Origin: Candidatus Subterrananammoxibius californiae
GTDB lineage: Bacteria > Planctomycetota > Brocadiia > Brocadiales > Subterrananammoxibiaceae
Length of the DNA: 54,632 nt
Reading direction: 5' to 3'
NCBI GenBank assembly: GCA_030586555.1
Contig: JAURAC010000023.1
Span: 1-54,632 of the forward strand
Position 1 is the stretch's first letter, and each line of letters starts with the position of its first letter. Position numbers and translations under genes: made by a program. This document shows positions 26,384-35,260 of the stretch, one piece after another. The notes beneath the pieces were generated by a model. That model searched no databases and was not told where the DNA came from. It saw only the letters and a list, made by a program, of their open reading frames with translations.

Positions 26384-27010
26384 TTAAATGAATTGCTTCA
26401 GTCTTTGTGTCAATACTTGATTACTCTTTTCTAAATCCTTATTTTTGGCAATAAGTTCTTCTTCGTGCTCCTTACGCTGATAGGCAACCTTGAAAAGCTT
26501 TGAAATAACGTCGGTTGATATAATTAATTGTTCTCTTATGTTTTCGAGGATATATTTATGGCTTGTGGCGCTTTTCCTGCTTATGCTTAGCAATATTGCA
26601 GGGTCCACTTTAAAGTCTAATGCCACATCGTATATCTTAAATCTTGACTTCGGAGGGTTTGATACGGCAGCGCTGTTTACGCCGATTACCGTATCACCAT
26701 AAAATATCGGACAAGAAAAAACAACGAGGCCTCCGGGACATTCAGCCTCATGCACTTCTTTATTACATATAGCCCCGCGAGAAATCTCCCAGCAGTAGGT
26801 TTCGCACATATCCTTTCTTTCGCTCGCCACCCTCAAAAAACTGCAATACGGCGAGGAGATTAGCTTACTCGCATGGTTGCCATCAACGTCGTAGATAATT
26901 GTACATGTCTTTAAGAGGTAAGTATAACTCCTTTGTACAAGGCTAAGAAATTCTTCACCAATATAGTTTCTCAGGCGAAAAACCCCGAGGTCGCTTACCG
27001 GATCCTTCAT
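26384..27010 (-). CDS. Stand-alone PocR sensory-domain protein with a coiled-coil tail
   Basis: IYDVDG, SPYCSFLR..C, ECPGGLVVFSCPIFYGDTVIG. Confidence 0.7.
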   Translation of the reverse strand: MKDPVSDLGVFRLRNYIGEEFLSLVQRSYTYLLKTCTIIYDVDGNHASKLISSPYCSFLRVASERKDMCETYCWEISRGAICNKEVHEAECPGGLVVFSCPIFYGDTVIGVNSAAVSNPPKSRFKIYDVALDFKVDPAILLSISRKSATSHKYILENIREQLIISTDVISKLFKVAYQRKEHEEELIAKNKDLEKSNQVLTQRLKQFI

Positions 27011-27231
27011 TTAAGCCTCCACCCTTAACAAGTTATTATGGCAATTTCCTGCGCTACTCAGTAAAAAGACGTTTGATTAATATACACCGAAAAAAAAAAT
27101 TGTCAACTCAACTTTTTGAAAAAAAGTAGGTTTTGCTTGAAATGTTTATGCAATTCCTGTAATCTTCACAGTAAGGACAAAACGCCGTTTTCATCCCTAC
27201 GTATCTTTTAATTACGGAGGATAAGAAAATT

Positions 27232-28161
27232 ATGATTTATACAGTAACGCTTAACCCAGCCCTTGACAGGGCAATTACCGTTGAAGATATTAAATTTGAT
27301 GACTTAAATAGAATTAAGGAGGATGTGCGGTATGCAGGAGGAAAAGGTATAGACGTCTCCAGAGTCATAAAGGAGTTGGGCGGTGAAAGCATTGCACTGG
27401 GCTTTATTGGCGGATATGGCGGCCTTGAGCTGCAGGGTCGTTTAATTAATGAAGGCATAATTTGCGATTTTGTTAAGATTGCTGATGAGACCCGTACAAA
27501 TCTAATCATAAAGGACGAATCTTCAGGAAAACAAATGCTTTTAAGTGCAGCGGGACCGCATGTCAGGCCTCAGGATGTAGGGGAAATATTTAGCAAGCTC
27601 TCGGCGCTTACCCCTCCGCCAAGCTTTGTTGCCTTAAGTGGAAGCCTGCCGAGAGACATTACTCCAAATATCTATGCCCAGTTGATAAAGGTCGTAACCG
27701 AACAGGGTGGTAAGGCTGTTCTTGATACGGATAACGAGCCTCTAAGACTCGGCATTAAGGCAAAGCCGTATATGATAAAACCGAATAAGTATGAATTGGG
27801 CCGCCTTATCAATAAAGAAATCAAGAGCCCTGGTGAAGCAGTTTCCGCCGCAAGGGAGCTTAATGATTTGGGCATTAGTATCGTTGCCGTATCCATGGGG
27901 AAAGACGGGCTTATTGTGGTAACAAAGGATGTGGCATTTCACTGCATTCCCCCTAAAATAAATGTGCAAAGCACTGTAGGAGCCGGGGATTCCCTGCTTG
28001 CCGGACTCGTGCTTGGTCTGGAAAGTGGAAAGTCTCTAAAGGATGCAGCAATTCTGGGTACTGCTGCTGGTACGGCTTCGGTTACTACACCGGGTACGGA
28101 ATTGTGCCACAAAGAGGATGTTGAAAGACTTACAAAACGGGTCAAGGTAAAGAGGATTTAA
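27232..28161 (+). CDS. 1-phosphofructokinase family (PfkB) sugar kinase
   Basis: IYTVTLNPALD, AGGKGIDVS, ETRTN, IKPNKYEL, STVGAGDS. Confidence 0.9.
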   Translation: MIYTVTLNPALDRAITVEDIKFDDLNRIKEDVRYAGGKGIDVSRVIKELGGESIALGFIGGYGGLELQGRLINEGIICDFVKIADETRTNLIIKDESSGKQMLLSAAGPHVRPQDVGEIFSKLSALTPPPSFVALSGSLPRDITPNIYAQLIKVVTEQGGKAVLDTDNEPLRLGIKAKPYMIKPNKYELGRLINKEIKSPGEAVSAARELNDLGISIVAVSMGKDGLIVVTKDVAFHCIPPKINVQSTVGAGDSLLAGLVLGLESGKSLKDAAILGTAAGTASVTTPGTELCHKEDVERLTKRVKVKRI

Positions 28162-28164
28162 AAA

Positions 28165-28228
28165 GAGTTCGTAGCTCATAGCTGATAGTACTGCATGAAC
28201 TATGAGCTATGAACTATGAGCTATGAAT
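28165..28228. repeat. Head-to-head heptamer repeats (ATGAACT/ATGAGCT)
   Basis: agttcgt agctcat agctgat ... atgaact atgagct atgaact atgagct atgaa; the last unit contains the comB ATG. Confidence 0.75.
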
Positions 28229-28957
28229 ATTATTGTCTCTCCCTATCCTTCTGCTTTAAAAAGGATTAACCAGAAGAATAAAATTGTGGTTATCATAGAC
28301 ATCCTCAGGGCTTGCACTACCATCGTTCATGCTTTTTCCCAGGGATGTAAGGCTTTTTACCCAGTCTCAAGTATAAAGAAGGCAAGGGAGAAACTAAAGC
28401 AATTAAAAGGTAGGGGCGGGGTAACCCTGCCCCTACTGGGTGGCGAAAGGAATGGGCTAAAAATAAAAGGCTTTGACCTGGGCAATTCGCCTTTGGAATA
28501 TACGTCCGATGTGGTACGGAATAAAAGCATTATTTTCACAACATCAAACTGTACAAAAAATCTTTATGCCTGCAGGCAACCAAAAGAAACGTTGATATGT
28601 TCTTTTCTAAACATCCATCGTGTAGTTAACTATTTAAGCGCTTTAAATGATGACCTTGTCATAGCCCTTTCTGGAAGTGAGGGAGATTTTTCCCTTGAGG
28701 ATGCAGTTTGCGCTGGAATGCTTATTGACGATGTAGGGGCACGTTGCAACGTGCCCCTACTAAGCGACCTCGGTCATATTTGCAGGATTGCTTATCTTCA
28801 TTATAAAGGTAATATAATAGACGCCCTTGCCAGCTCAATACATGCAAAGAAATTAAAGAGTCTTGGGTTTGAGGAGGATATAAAATTTTGCGCTAGGATA
28901 GGTAACTATGAGATTCTTCCAAGATATATAAACAGGGAGATTTCGTGTATTCAGTAG
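28223..28957 (+). CDS. comB: 2-phosphosulfolactate phosphatase family protein with two in-frame REPs
   Basis: IDILRACTTI, GGERNG, FDLGNSP, TTSN, SLEDAVCAG. Confidence 0.85.
   Translation: MNIIVSPYPSALKRINQKNKIVVIIDILRACTTIVHAFSQGCKAFYPVSSIKKAREKLKQLKGRGGVTLPLLGGERNGLKIKGFDLGNSPLEYTSDVVRNKSIIFTTSNCTKNLYACRQPKETLICSFLNIHRVVNYLSALNDDLVIALSGSEGDFSLEDAVCAGMLIDDVGARCNVPLLSDLGHICRIAYLHYKGNIIDALASSIHAKKLKSLGFEEDIKFCARIGNYEILPRYINREISCIQ
28410..28436. repeat. GTAG-REP in frame in comB
   Basis: gtaggggcggggtaaccctgcccctac encodes GRGGVTLPL. Confidence 0.85.
28733..28760. repeat. GTAG-REP in frame in comB
   Basis: gtaggggcacgttgcaacgtgcccctac encodes VGARCNVPL; identical to 54157-54184. Confidence 0.9.
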
Positions 28958-29742
28958 AGCCTGCCATTATCAGAAGCGTCAGTTTTTGTGTAATGCTGTT
29001 TGTTATGTTCGGTCTGGAATGCGCGACCCCTTTCAGGGTTCCGGTGGAGTCTAAATTTAGGCGGTGGGTAAAAAACCTATCCCTCGCTGCTGGCAATACC
29101 GCTGTGCTCAGCATATCGGTGAGCGCCTATCTTTTATGGTTGGTACAGTATGTTAATATAAACAAGATTGGCATCTTGAGTGATTTTGGGGTAGGTGGCA
29201 CATGGAACATCCTTGTTACCTTTGTCCTCTTTGACTTTTTAACATATATATGGCACATGTTTAACCACACACTGCCATTCCTGTGGCGGTTTCATAAGAT
29301 GCACCATACTGATTTGGACTTAGACGTCTCTACCGCCTCCAGATTTCACATTGGTGAATTGCTATTTTCTGCCGTGTTTAAAGGCGCTCTTATTTACCTC
29401 TTTGGGCCAAATCTGATGGCATTTATTCTCTTCGAATCAGCCGTTGTTACTGCCGCCCAGTTTCACCATTCTAATATCAGAATCCCATCGAAGGCGGAAG
29501 GGTGTGTCTGGTATTTCTTTGTGGTTCCTTCCATGCATAGAATTCACCACTCCATTATTGGAAGGGAAGTTAATTCAAATTTCTCAACCATATTTTCATT
29601 CTGGGACCGAATAGCAAAGACATTCCGTAACGATGTAGTGCAGGAAAGGATAATTATTGGCCTCGAACAATACAGAAATAGCACTGAATTAACGATGCCT
29701 AAATTGCTTATAATGCCTTTTGAGAAAACGGTCGAAAGATGA
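28945..29742 (+). CDS. Sterol desaturase/fatty acid hydroxylase family protein
   Basis: His boxes HMFNH, HKMHH, FHHSN, HRIHH. Confidence 0.88.
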   Translation: MYSVEPAIIRSVSFCVMLFVMFGLECATPFRVPVESKFRRWVKNLSLAAGNTAVLSISVSAYLLWLVQYVNINKIGILSDFGVGGTWNILVTFVLFDFLTYIWHMFNHTLPFLWRFHKMHHTDLDLDVSTASRFHIGELLFSAVFKGALIYLFGPNLMAFILFESAVVTAAQFHHSNIRIPSKAEGCVWYFFVVPSMHRIHHSIIGREVNSNFSTIFSFWDRIAKTFRNDVVQERIIIGLEQYRNSTELTMPKLLIMPFEKTVER

Positions 29743-32342
29743 TTCCAGTTACCCCGATGATGAGACAATACAAGGACATCAAGAAGAAGCATGGAGACGC
29801 TCTATTGTTCTTCCGTGTGGGGGACTTCTATGAGATGTTCTACGACGATGCCAAGACTGCCTCAAAGGTGTTAGGTATTACCTTGACCTCTCGTTCCAAG
29901 GGTGATAACGCAGTGCCAATGGCAGGGGTGCCTCATCATTCGGCGCATACTTACATCCATCGCCTTATTAAGGCAGGTTATAAGGTAGCCATCTGCGACC
30001 AGATGGAAGACCCCGAAGAGGCTAAAGGGGTGGTAGAGCGCGATGTTACAAGGATAATCACGCCGGGAACGCTTACGGATGATTTACTTTTAAAAGATAA
30101 GGATAATAATTATTTGCTCGCAATCTTTGCAAATGGGGAAAGCGCAGGTCTATCATGGGTTGACCTCTCGACAGGAAAATTTCAGGCTCAGGACATCCCC
30201 ACAACGCAACTTATAGATGAATTCGCACGGCTGAGACCATCCGAATGCCTTCTGTCAGAGGAAATGGTAACAAGTAAGGGCGAACAGCCGTTTGCCTCTG
30301 CATTGAATGCAATGATAACTCCATTGCCCGGATGGGTGTTTGCCCGTGATACAGCGTATCAGACGCTTAAAGAACATTTCGGTACTGCATCGCTTGAAGG
30401 GTTTGGATGCGAATCTCTCGGTCCGTCCATTAATGCCGCAGGCGCTGTTATCCATTACCTCAAGGAGACACAAAGGACCTCCTTAAAACATATCAGTAAG
30501 ATTGAAAGATTCTCAAACCAGGACTACGTAATATTAGACCGCACAACCCAGCAATGCCTTGAACTCTTAGAAACAATGAGAACACATGAAAAGGATGGTT
30601 CTTTGCTCGGCGTCCTTGACCAGACGTTAACGTCAATGGGCGGCAGGTTATTAAAGCAATGGATAATCAGCCCGCTTAAAATACCTGAGGAGATAAGATA
30701 CCGTCAGGATGGGGTCAGGGAACTCTTTAAGGATTCAATCCTGAGAAATGAACTCCGTGAAATGCTTAAGGGCGTTTATGATATTGAGCGCATTTCAACA
30801 AAGGTCAGTTGCGCACGCGCAAATGCGAGAGACCTCGTATCCCTCAAGCAATCCCTCGCCGTCCTGCCAAAACTAAAGGAAAAGATTTGCACCTGCGCCT
30901 CAGTAATCCTGAAATCACTTGGAGAGAATCTTGACCCGGTGGAAGAAGTGAGGATACTAATCGGCACTGCTATTGTCCCGGACCCTCCTCATACCATAAA
31001 GGATGGCGGGATGATTCGCGAGGGCTACGACCAGGACCTTGACGAGCTTCACCATATCCGCAAAAGCGGCAAAAACTGGATAGCAAATTTTCAGGCAGAG
31101 GAAATAAAGCGCACGGGTATAAATTCCTTAAAGGTCGGTTATAATAGGGTATTTGGCTACTATATCGAGATTACCAACACATACAAGGATAACATTCCTC
31201 AAACATACATCCGCAAGCAGACCCTTAAAAATGCGGAGCGGTATATAACGCCAGAACTTAAGGACTACGAGACTAAGGTGCTTACAGCAGATGAAAGGGC
31301 AAAAGAGTTAGAATACGACATCTTTGGACGCCTCCGTGAGGAGGTAAGCTCTCATACCAAACGCCTCCAAAAGACGGCTGAGGTTATTGCTACCCTCGAT
31401 GTAATATCAACCCTTGCCCATGTAGCGGCAGAAAATGGTTATGGAATGCCTGAAATTACGGATGGGCTCGAACTCAATATAATTGACGGAAGACATCCTG
31501 TCCTTGACAAAATAATGGATAACTTTGTGCCTAACGATGTGGCAATTGATGGCGCACAAACCATGATGGTAGTTATCACCGGACCCAATATGGCTGGGAA
31601 AAGCACGTATATCAGGCAGGTTGCACTTCTTGTGCTTATGGCTCAGATGGGTAGTTTCATCCCTGCTAAACAGGCAACGATTGGCGTGGTGGACCGAATC
31701 TTTACACGCGTTGGCGCCTCCGATGAACTTGCAAGCGGGCAGAGTACATTTATGGTGGAGATGAACGAGACGGCTAACATACTAAACAATGCCACAAACC
31801 GCAGCCTTATTGTGCTTGATGAAGTGGGGCGTGGGACGAGCACCTTCGACGGTCTGAGCATCGCATGGGCAATAACAGAATATATATACGAACATATAAA
31901 GGCAAGAACCCTCTTTGCAACCCATTATCACGAGCTTACCGAGATTGAACTCCTTCTGCCGTGTATCAAGAATTATAATATTGCCGTAAAGGAGTGGGGG
32001 GATGAAATAATATTCCTGAGAAAAATCGTTGAAGGCGGCGCTGATAAAAGCTACGGCATCCATGTGGCAAGACTGGCAGGCATACCGAGGGAAGTACTTG
32101 ACAGAGCAAAGACCCTTCTTGCCAACTTAGAGGCTAATTCGCTCGATATAAACAATAAGCCAAAGTTTGTCCCGTCTGAGGATAAAAAAACATCCGCCTC
32201 AGGCGGACCAGCGCAGCTTTCAATCTTTGCGCCAAAGGAGGAAGGCGTCTTACAATCCATTAAGGAGCTTGATATCCCAACCCTAACCCCACTCGACGCC
32301 CTTAACAAACTTAATGAGCTAAAGAAAAAACTTTCAACATAG
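29739..32342 (+). CDS. mutS: DNA mismatch repair protein MutS
   Basis: TPMMRQY, GDFYEMF, TGPNMAGKSTY, DEVGRGTST, ATHYHEL, SYGIHVARLAG. Confidence 0.97.
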   Translation: MIPVTPMMRQYKDIKKKHGDALLFFRVGDFYEMFYDDAKTASKVLGITLTSRSKGDNAVPMAGVPHHSAHTYIHRLIKAGYKVAICDQMEDPEEAKGVVERDVTRIITPGTLTDDLLLKDKDNNYLLAIFANGESAGLSWVDLSTGKFQAQDIPTTQLIDEFARLRPSECLLSEEMVTSKGEQPFASALNAMITPLPGWVFARDTAYQTLKEHFGTASLEGFGCESLGPSINAAGAVIHYLKETQRTSLKHISKIERFSNQDYVILDRTTQQCLELLETMRTHEKDGSLLGVLDQTLTSMGGRLLKQWIISPLKIPEEIRYRQDGVRELFKDSILRNELREMLKGVYDIERISTKVSCARANARDLVSLKQSLAVLPKLKEKICTCASVILKSLGENLDPVEEVRILIGTAIVPDPPHTIKDGGMIREGYDQDLDELHHIRKSGKNWIANFQAEEIKRTGINSLKVGYNRVFGYYIEITNTYKDNIPQTYIRKQTLKNAERYITPELKDYETKVLTADERAKELEYDIFGRLREEVSSHTKRLQKTAEVIATLDVISTLAHVAAENGYGMPEITDGLELNIIDGRHPVLDKIMDNFVPNDVAIDGAQTMMVVITGPNMAGKSTYIRQVALLVLMAQMGSFIPAKQATIGVVDRIFTRVGASDELASGQSTFMVEMNETANILNNATNRSLIVLDEVGRGTSTFDGLSIAWAITEYIYEHIKARTLFATHYHELTEIELLLPCIKNYNIAVKEWGDEIIFLRKIVEGGADKSYGIHVARLAGIPREVLDRAKTLLANLEANSLDINNKPKFVPSEDKKTSASGGPAQLSIFAPKEEGVLQSIKELDIPTLTPLDALNKLNELKKKLST
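30274..30301. repeat. Degenerate GTAG-REP in frame in mutS
   Basis: gtaagggcgaacagccgtttgcctctgc encodes SKGEQPFAS. Confidence 0.55.
32193..32207. repeat. 15-bp mini-palindrome in frame in mutS
   Basis: tccgcctcaggcgga encodes SASGG. Confidence 0.7.
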
Positions 32343-32475
32343 GGTGGCATGGACAAACTTGTTTGTCCGTGCATTCCCCATCAGGGAGAGGGTTGAGGTG
32401 AGGGGGAATTTCTTAGCTTTCCCCTCTAAAAAGTCGAAGATCCGCCTTAGGTGGAAGGGGACTAAGGGGTGTGTT
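32340..32475. repeat. Cluster of REP and C/G-tract elements; the first supplies the mutS TAG
   Basis: tagggtggcatggacaaacttgtttgtccgtgc; tccccatcagggagagggttgaggtgagggg; tcccctctaaaaag[..tccgccttaggtgga]aggggactaaggggtgtgtt. Confidence 0.8.
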
Positions 32476-32502
32476 GCAATCGTTCCGTAATAAGGAGAGT
32501 TA

Positions 32503-33972
32503 TTGTTGGGTTTCGACGATATATATAAAATTCTTTTCCCGGAAAACAAAAAGCATTGTGTCCCTGGATGTTTAAGTGTGCTTTTCATCACGAATGGGAT
32601 TATTTTCGCTATCTTCCGTGAGTTAACATGTGATTCCTTCTTTCAATACTACCTTCCTATATCAATAATGGTGTTTTGTGGACTAAATGCTTGGTATATT
32701 TTTTATGGTTTTGGCGCCCAAAAATGGGCTAACTTTTTTGAACATCGTATTTCTTCCTTAATAATAATAGCACTCTTTTTAACAAGTGCTGTGTATATGG
32801 GTTATGGTCACAGTACCCGAAAAGAGGTGCTACGTTATGATAAGCAATTTAAACCACCCGTATTACCTGAGCCACCTGAGCTACCCAAGCCATCAGATAA
32901 TTTACTGGTAGTAATTGCAAACTTTGAACCTATTCCAAGTACTAATGTAGAGGCAAAGGAAAACTGTGAGACCATTCCAAAAGATTTGGAAAGAATGATT
33001 AAGCAAAAAATAGCTTCTGGAGTACCTTTGGAGTACCCTATAATGTATAAACAACAGATCGAGGGAAAAACCGAGAAAGAGAAAAGGAAAAATGCCAAAG
33101 ACATAGGCCACCATGAGGGAGCGCATCTTGTACTCTGGGGTAGTGTGCAATTTACAGAGATGGGCGGGGAAGGGGAGTTTTATCTCGAACCAAGGATTAC
33201 AGTAGTGCAGCCACTCGGACCAGTTGAACTGGAAGAAAAACAACCGGGAGAATTGCGTGTTTCTTTAGCACATCCTGAAATTCTTGAACTCAGGCGACGC
33301 AAAATTGAGGAAATCGCCGATATAGTATCCTTTATTCATGGCTTAGCTTTCTATAACCAACAGAAATATGAGGATGCTATCAATATTTTCAAAGGAGTTA
33401 TAAGCCCCCATGCGGAAATATCCTTTTACCATGGAACGGCGTTGATATTTTTGAGCCGTTTTGAGGAAGCCATTAAGCAATATGATAAGGCGTTAGAGAT
33501 AAACCCGAATCTTGCTGATGCATACCTCAATCGGGGGAATGCCTATTATAACAAAGGCGAGAATGACCGTGCAATCCTTGATTTCAATAAGGCATTAGAG
33601 ATAAACTCGAGGTATGCTGAGGCATACAACAATCGGGGGAGTGCCTATGATAAGAAAGGCGAGTATGACCGTGCAATCCTTGATTTCAATAAGGCATTAG
33701 AGATAAACCCGAGGTATGCTGAGGCATACAACAATCGGGGGGTTGCCTATAAGAAGAAAGGCTCGTATGACCTCGCAATCTCTGATTACAACAAGGCGTT
33801 AGAGATAAACCCGAGGTATGCTGAGGCATACTACAATCGGGCAGTTGCTTATTATTATAAGGGAGAATATGATAAGGCATGGGAGGATGTGCATAAGGCA
33901 CAGGGGTTGGGCTATCAAGTTAATCCTGAAATTCTAAAGTTACTAAGTGAAGCTTCGGGAAGGCAAAGGTAA
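32503..33972 (+). CDS. Membrane-anchored tetratricopeptide repeat protein
   Basis: Three N-terminal TMs; near-identical 34-aa (102-bp) TPRs of the form AEAYNNRG..Y..KGEYDRAI.DFNKALEINPRY. Confidence 0.85.
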   Translation: MLGFDDIYKILFPENKKHCVPGCLSVLFITNGIIFAIFRELTCDSFFQYYLPISIMVFCGLNAWYIFYGFGAQKWANFFEHRISSLIIIALFLTSAVYMGYGHSTRKEVLRYDKQFKPPVLPEPPELPKPSDNLLVVIANFEPIPSTNVEAKENCETIPKDLERMIKQKIASGVPLEYPIMYKQQIEGKTEKEKRKNAKDIGHHEGAHLVLWGSVQFTEMGGEGEFYLEPRITVVQPLGPVELEEKQPGELRVSLAHPEILELRRRKIEEIADIVSFIHGLAFYNQQKYEDAINIFKGVISPHAEISFYHGTALIFLSRFEEAIKQYDKALEINPNLADAYLNRGNAYYNKGENDRAILDFNKALEINSRYAEAYNNRGSAYDKKGEYDRAILDFNKALEINPRYAEAYNNRGVAYKKKGSYDLAISDYNKALEINPRYAEAYYNRAVAYYYKGEYDKAWEDVHKAQGLGYQVNPEILKLLSEASGRQR

Positions 33973-34010
33973 CACACCCCCAACCCCCTCTTTTTAGAGG
34001 GGAGGGTGTG
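33971..34010. repeat. C-tract/G-tract palindromic element
   Basis: aacacaccccaaccccctctttttagaggggagggtgtg. Confidence 0.75.
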
Positions 34011-34039
34011 TGGATGTGGTCGCATTTTTTGTTAGGTAA

Positions 34040-34094
34040 AACCACAGAGGCGCAGAGACACAGAGATTCTCCGTGCCCCTGTGTCTCTGTGGTT
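34040..34094. repeat. Head-to-head 9-mer repeat (CACAGAG) palindrome
   Basis: aaccacagaggcgcagagacacagaga tt ctccgtgcccctgtgtctctgtggtt. Confidence 0.7.
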
Positions 34095-34113
34095 ATATGT
34101 GGATGGGGCGAGA

Positions 34114-35169
34114 ATGAAGGCACTTAGAAAAGTGACAATGTCGGCAGGTTTAGATTTGGTTGATATACCAATACCATCTATTGCTCCTGTGGAAGTCCTT
34201 GTGAAGATACGGATAGCCCCGATTTGCGGTACCGATGTTGACCATATTTACCCCTTCGATGAGTCAGCCAGGAATTTTATAAAGAAGGTGCCAGTAACTA
34301 TTGGTCATGAGTTCTGCGGCGAGATAGTCGAAGTTGGCAGTGCAGTAAGGAATTTTAAGGTGGGAGATTACGTTTCTGCTGAGTCTCATTTGTTTTGTGA
34401 TAAATGTTACCAGTGCAAAAATAACCAGAGGCATCTCTGCCAGAATATGGAATTTCTTGGTGGTTATATTGACGGCACCTTTGCTGAGTATGTTGCATTG
34501 CCAGAAAAAATCTTATGGAAGAACAGTCCTGAGCTACCTCCCAAAATTGCCGCACTACAAGAATCCTGCGGGAATTCGGTCTATTGTACTCTAATTGAGC
34601 TGATTGAAAATAAAAACGTGCTGATATACGGCGATGGTCCAACCGCTCTGTTTGCATGTGCAGTTGCACGAACAGCTGGGGCAGAACATGTAATAATAAT
34701 TGGCCACAGCGACTTCAGGCTTGAGATAGCAGTAAGGGTGGGGGCAGACGTTACGTTTAATAGTAAATTGCTTAGCCAGGACAAAATCACTGATGCAATC
34801 AGAAACCGTTGTGGTGACAGTGGCGGCGTAGATGTTGTACTGTGTATGGTAGGTGACGGGAAGGCAATAAATCATTGTTTTGAGCTAACCCGCAATGGCG
34901 GTGATATTAGAAGTTTCGGCATACCCACCACGAGCAGTACGTTAATTAACTGGGACATGATTAGAAAAAAGGGGCTAACTGTTCATGGAATTTATGGCCG
35001 CTTAATCTGGGATACATGGAAGCAGTTAAATGGTCTTTTCGGGAAGGGTTTAAACATTGCGCCAATCGTAACCCATGAGTTCAAATTAGAAGATTATGAA
35101 AAAGCATTTGCGCTTATGTCCAGCAGTCCAAAGCAGTGCGGGGAAATCGCTTTTAATCTGGAATTGTAA
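34114..35169 (+). CDS. tdh: L-threonine 3-dehydrogenase (Zn-dependent MDR)
   Basis: ICGTD, GHEFCG, VSAESH..C..C..C......C, GIYGR..TW; adjacent to kbl. Confidence 0.8.
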   Translation: MKALRKVTMSAGLDLVDIPIPSIAPVEVLVKIRIAPICGTDVDHIYPFDESARNFIKKVPVTIGHEFCGEIVEVGSAVRNFKVGDYVSAESHLFCDKCYQCKNNQRHLCQNMEFLGGYIDGTFAEYVALPEKILWKNSPELPPKIAALQESCGNSVYCTLIELIENKNVLIYGDGPTALFACAVARTAGAEHVIIIGHSDFRLEIAVRVGADVTFNSKLLSQDKITDAIRNRCGDSGGVDVVLCMVGDGKAINHCFELTRNGGDIRSFGIPTTSSTLINWDMIRKKGLTVHGIYGRLIWDTWKQLNGLFGKGLNIAPIVTHEFKLEDYEKAFALMSSSPKQCGEIAFNLEL

Positions 35170-35174
35170 AATAA

Positions 35175-35236
35175 TGTCACCCTGAGCGAAGCGAAGGGTC
35201 TTGTAACGAGATTCTTCGCTATCGCTCAGAATGACA
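35175..35236. repeat. TGTCA..TGACA palindromic element
   Basis: tgtcaccctgagcgaagcgaagggtct ... agattcttcgctatcgctcagaatgaca. Confidence 0.85.
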
Positions 35237-35260
35237 AATTGGGGCAAGGGGTTTATTGCT

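Noticed and set aside
33480..33860. Near-identical 102-bp repeats as a possible CRISPR array
   Set aside because: They are in-frame TPR units with no unique spacers, and no cas genes are present.
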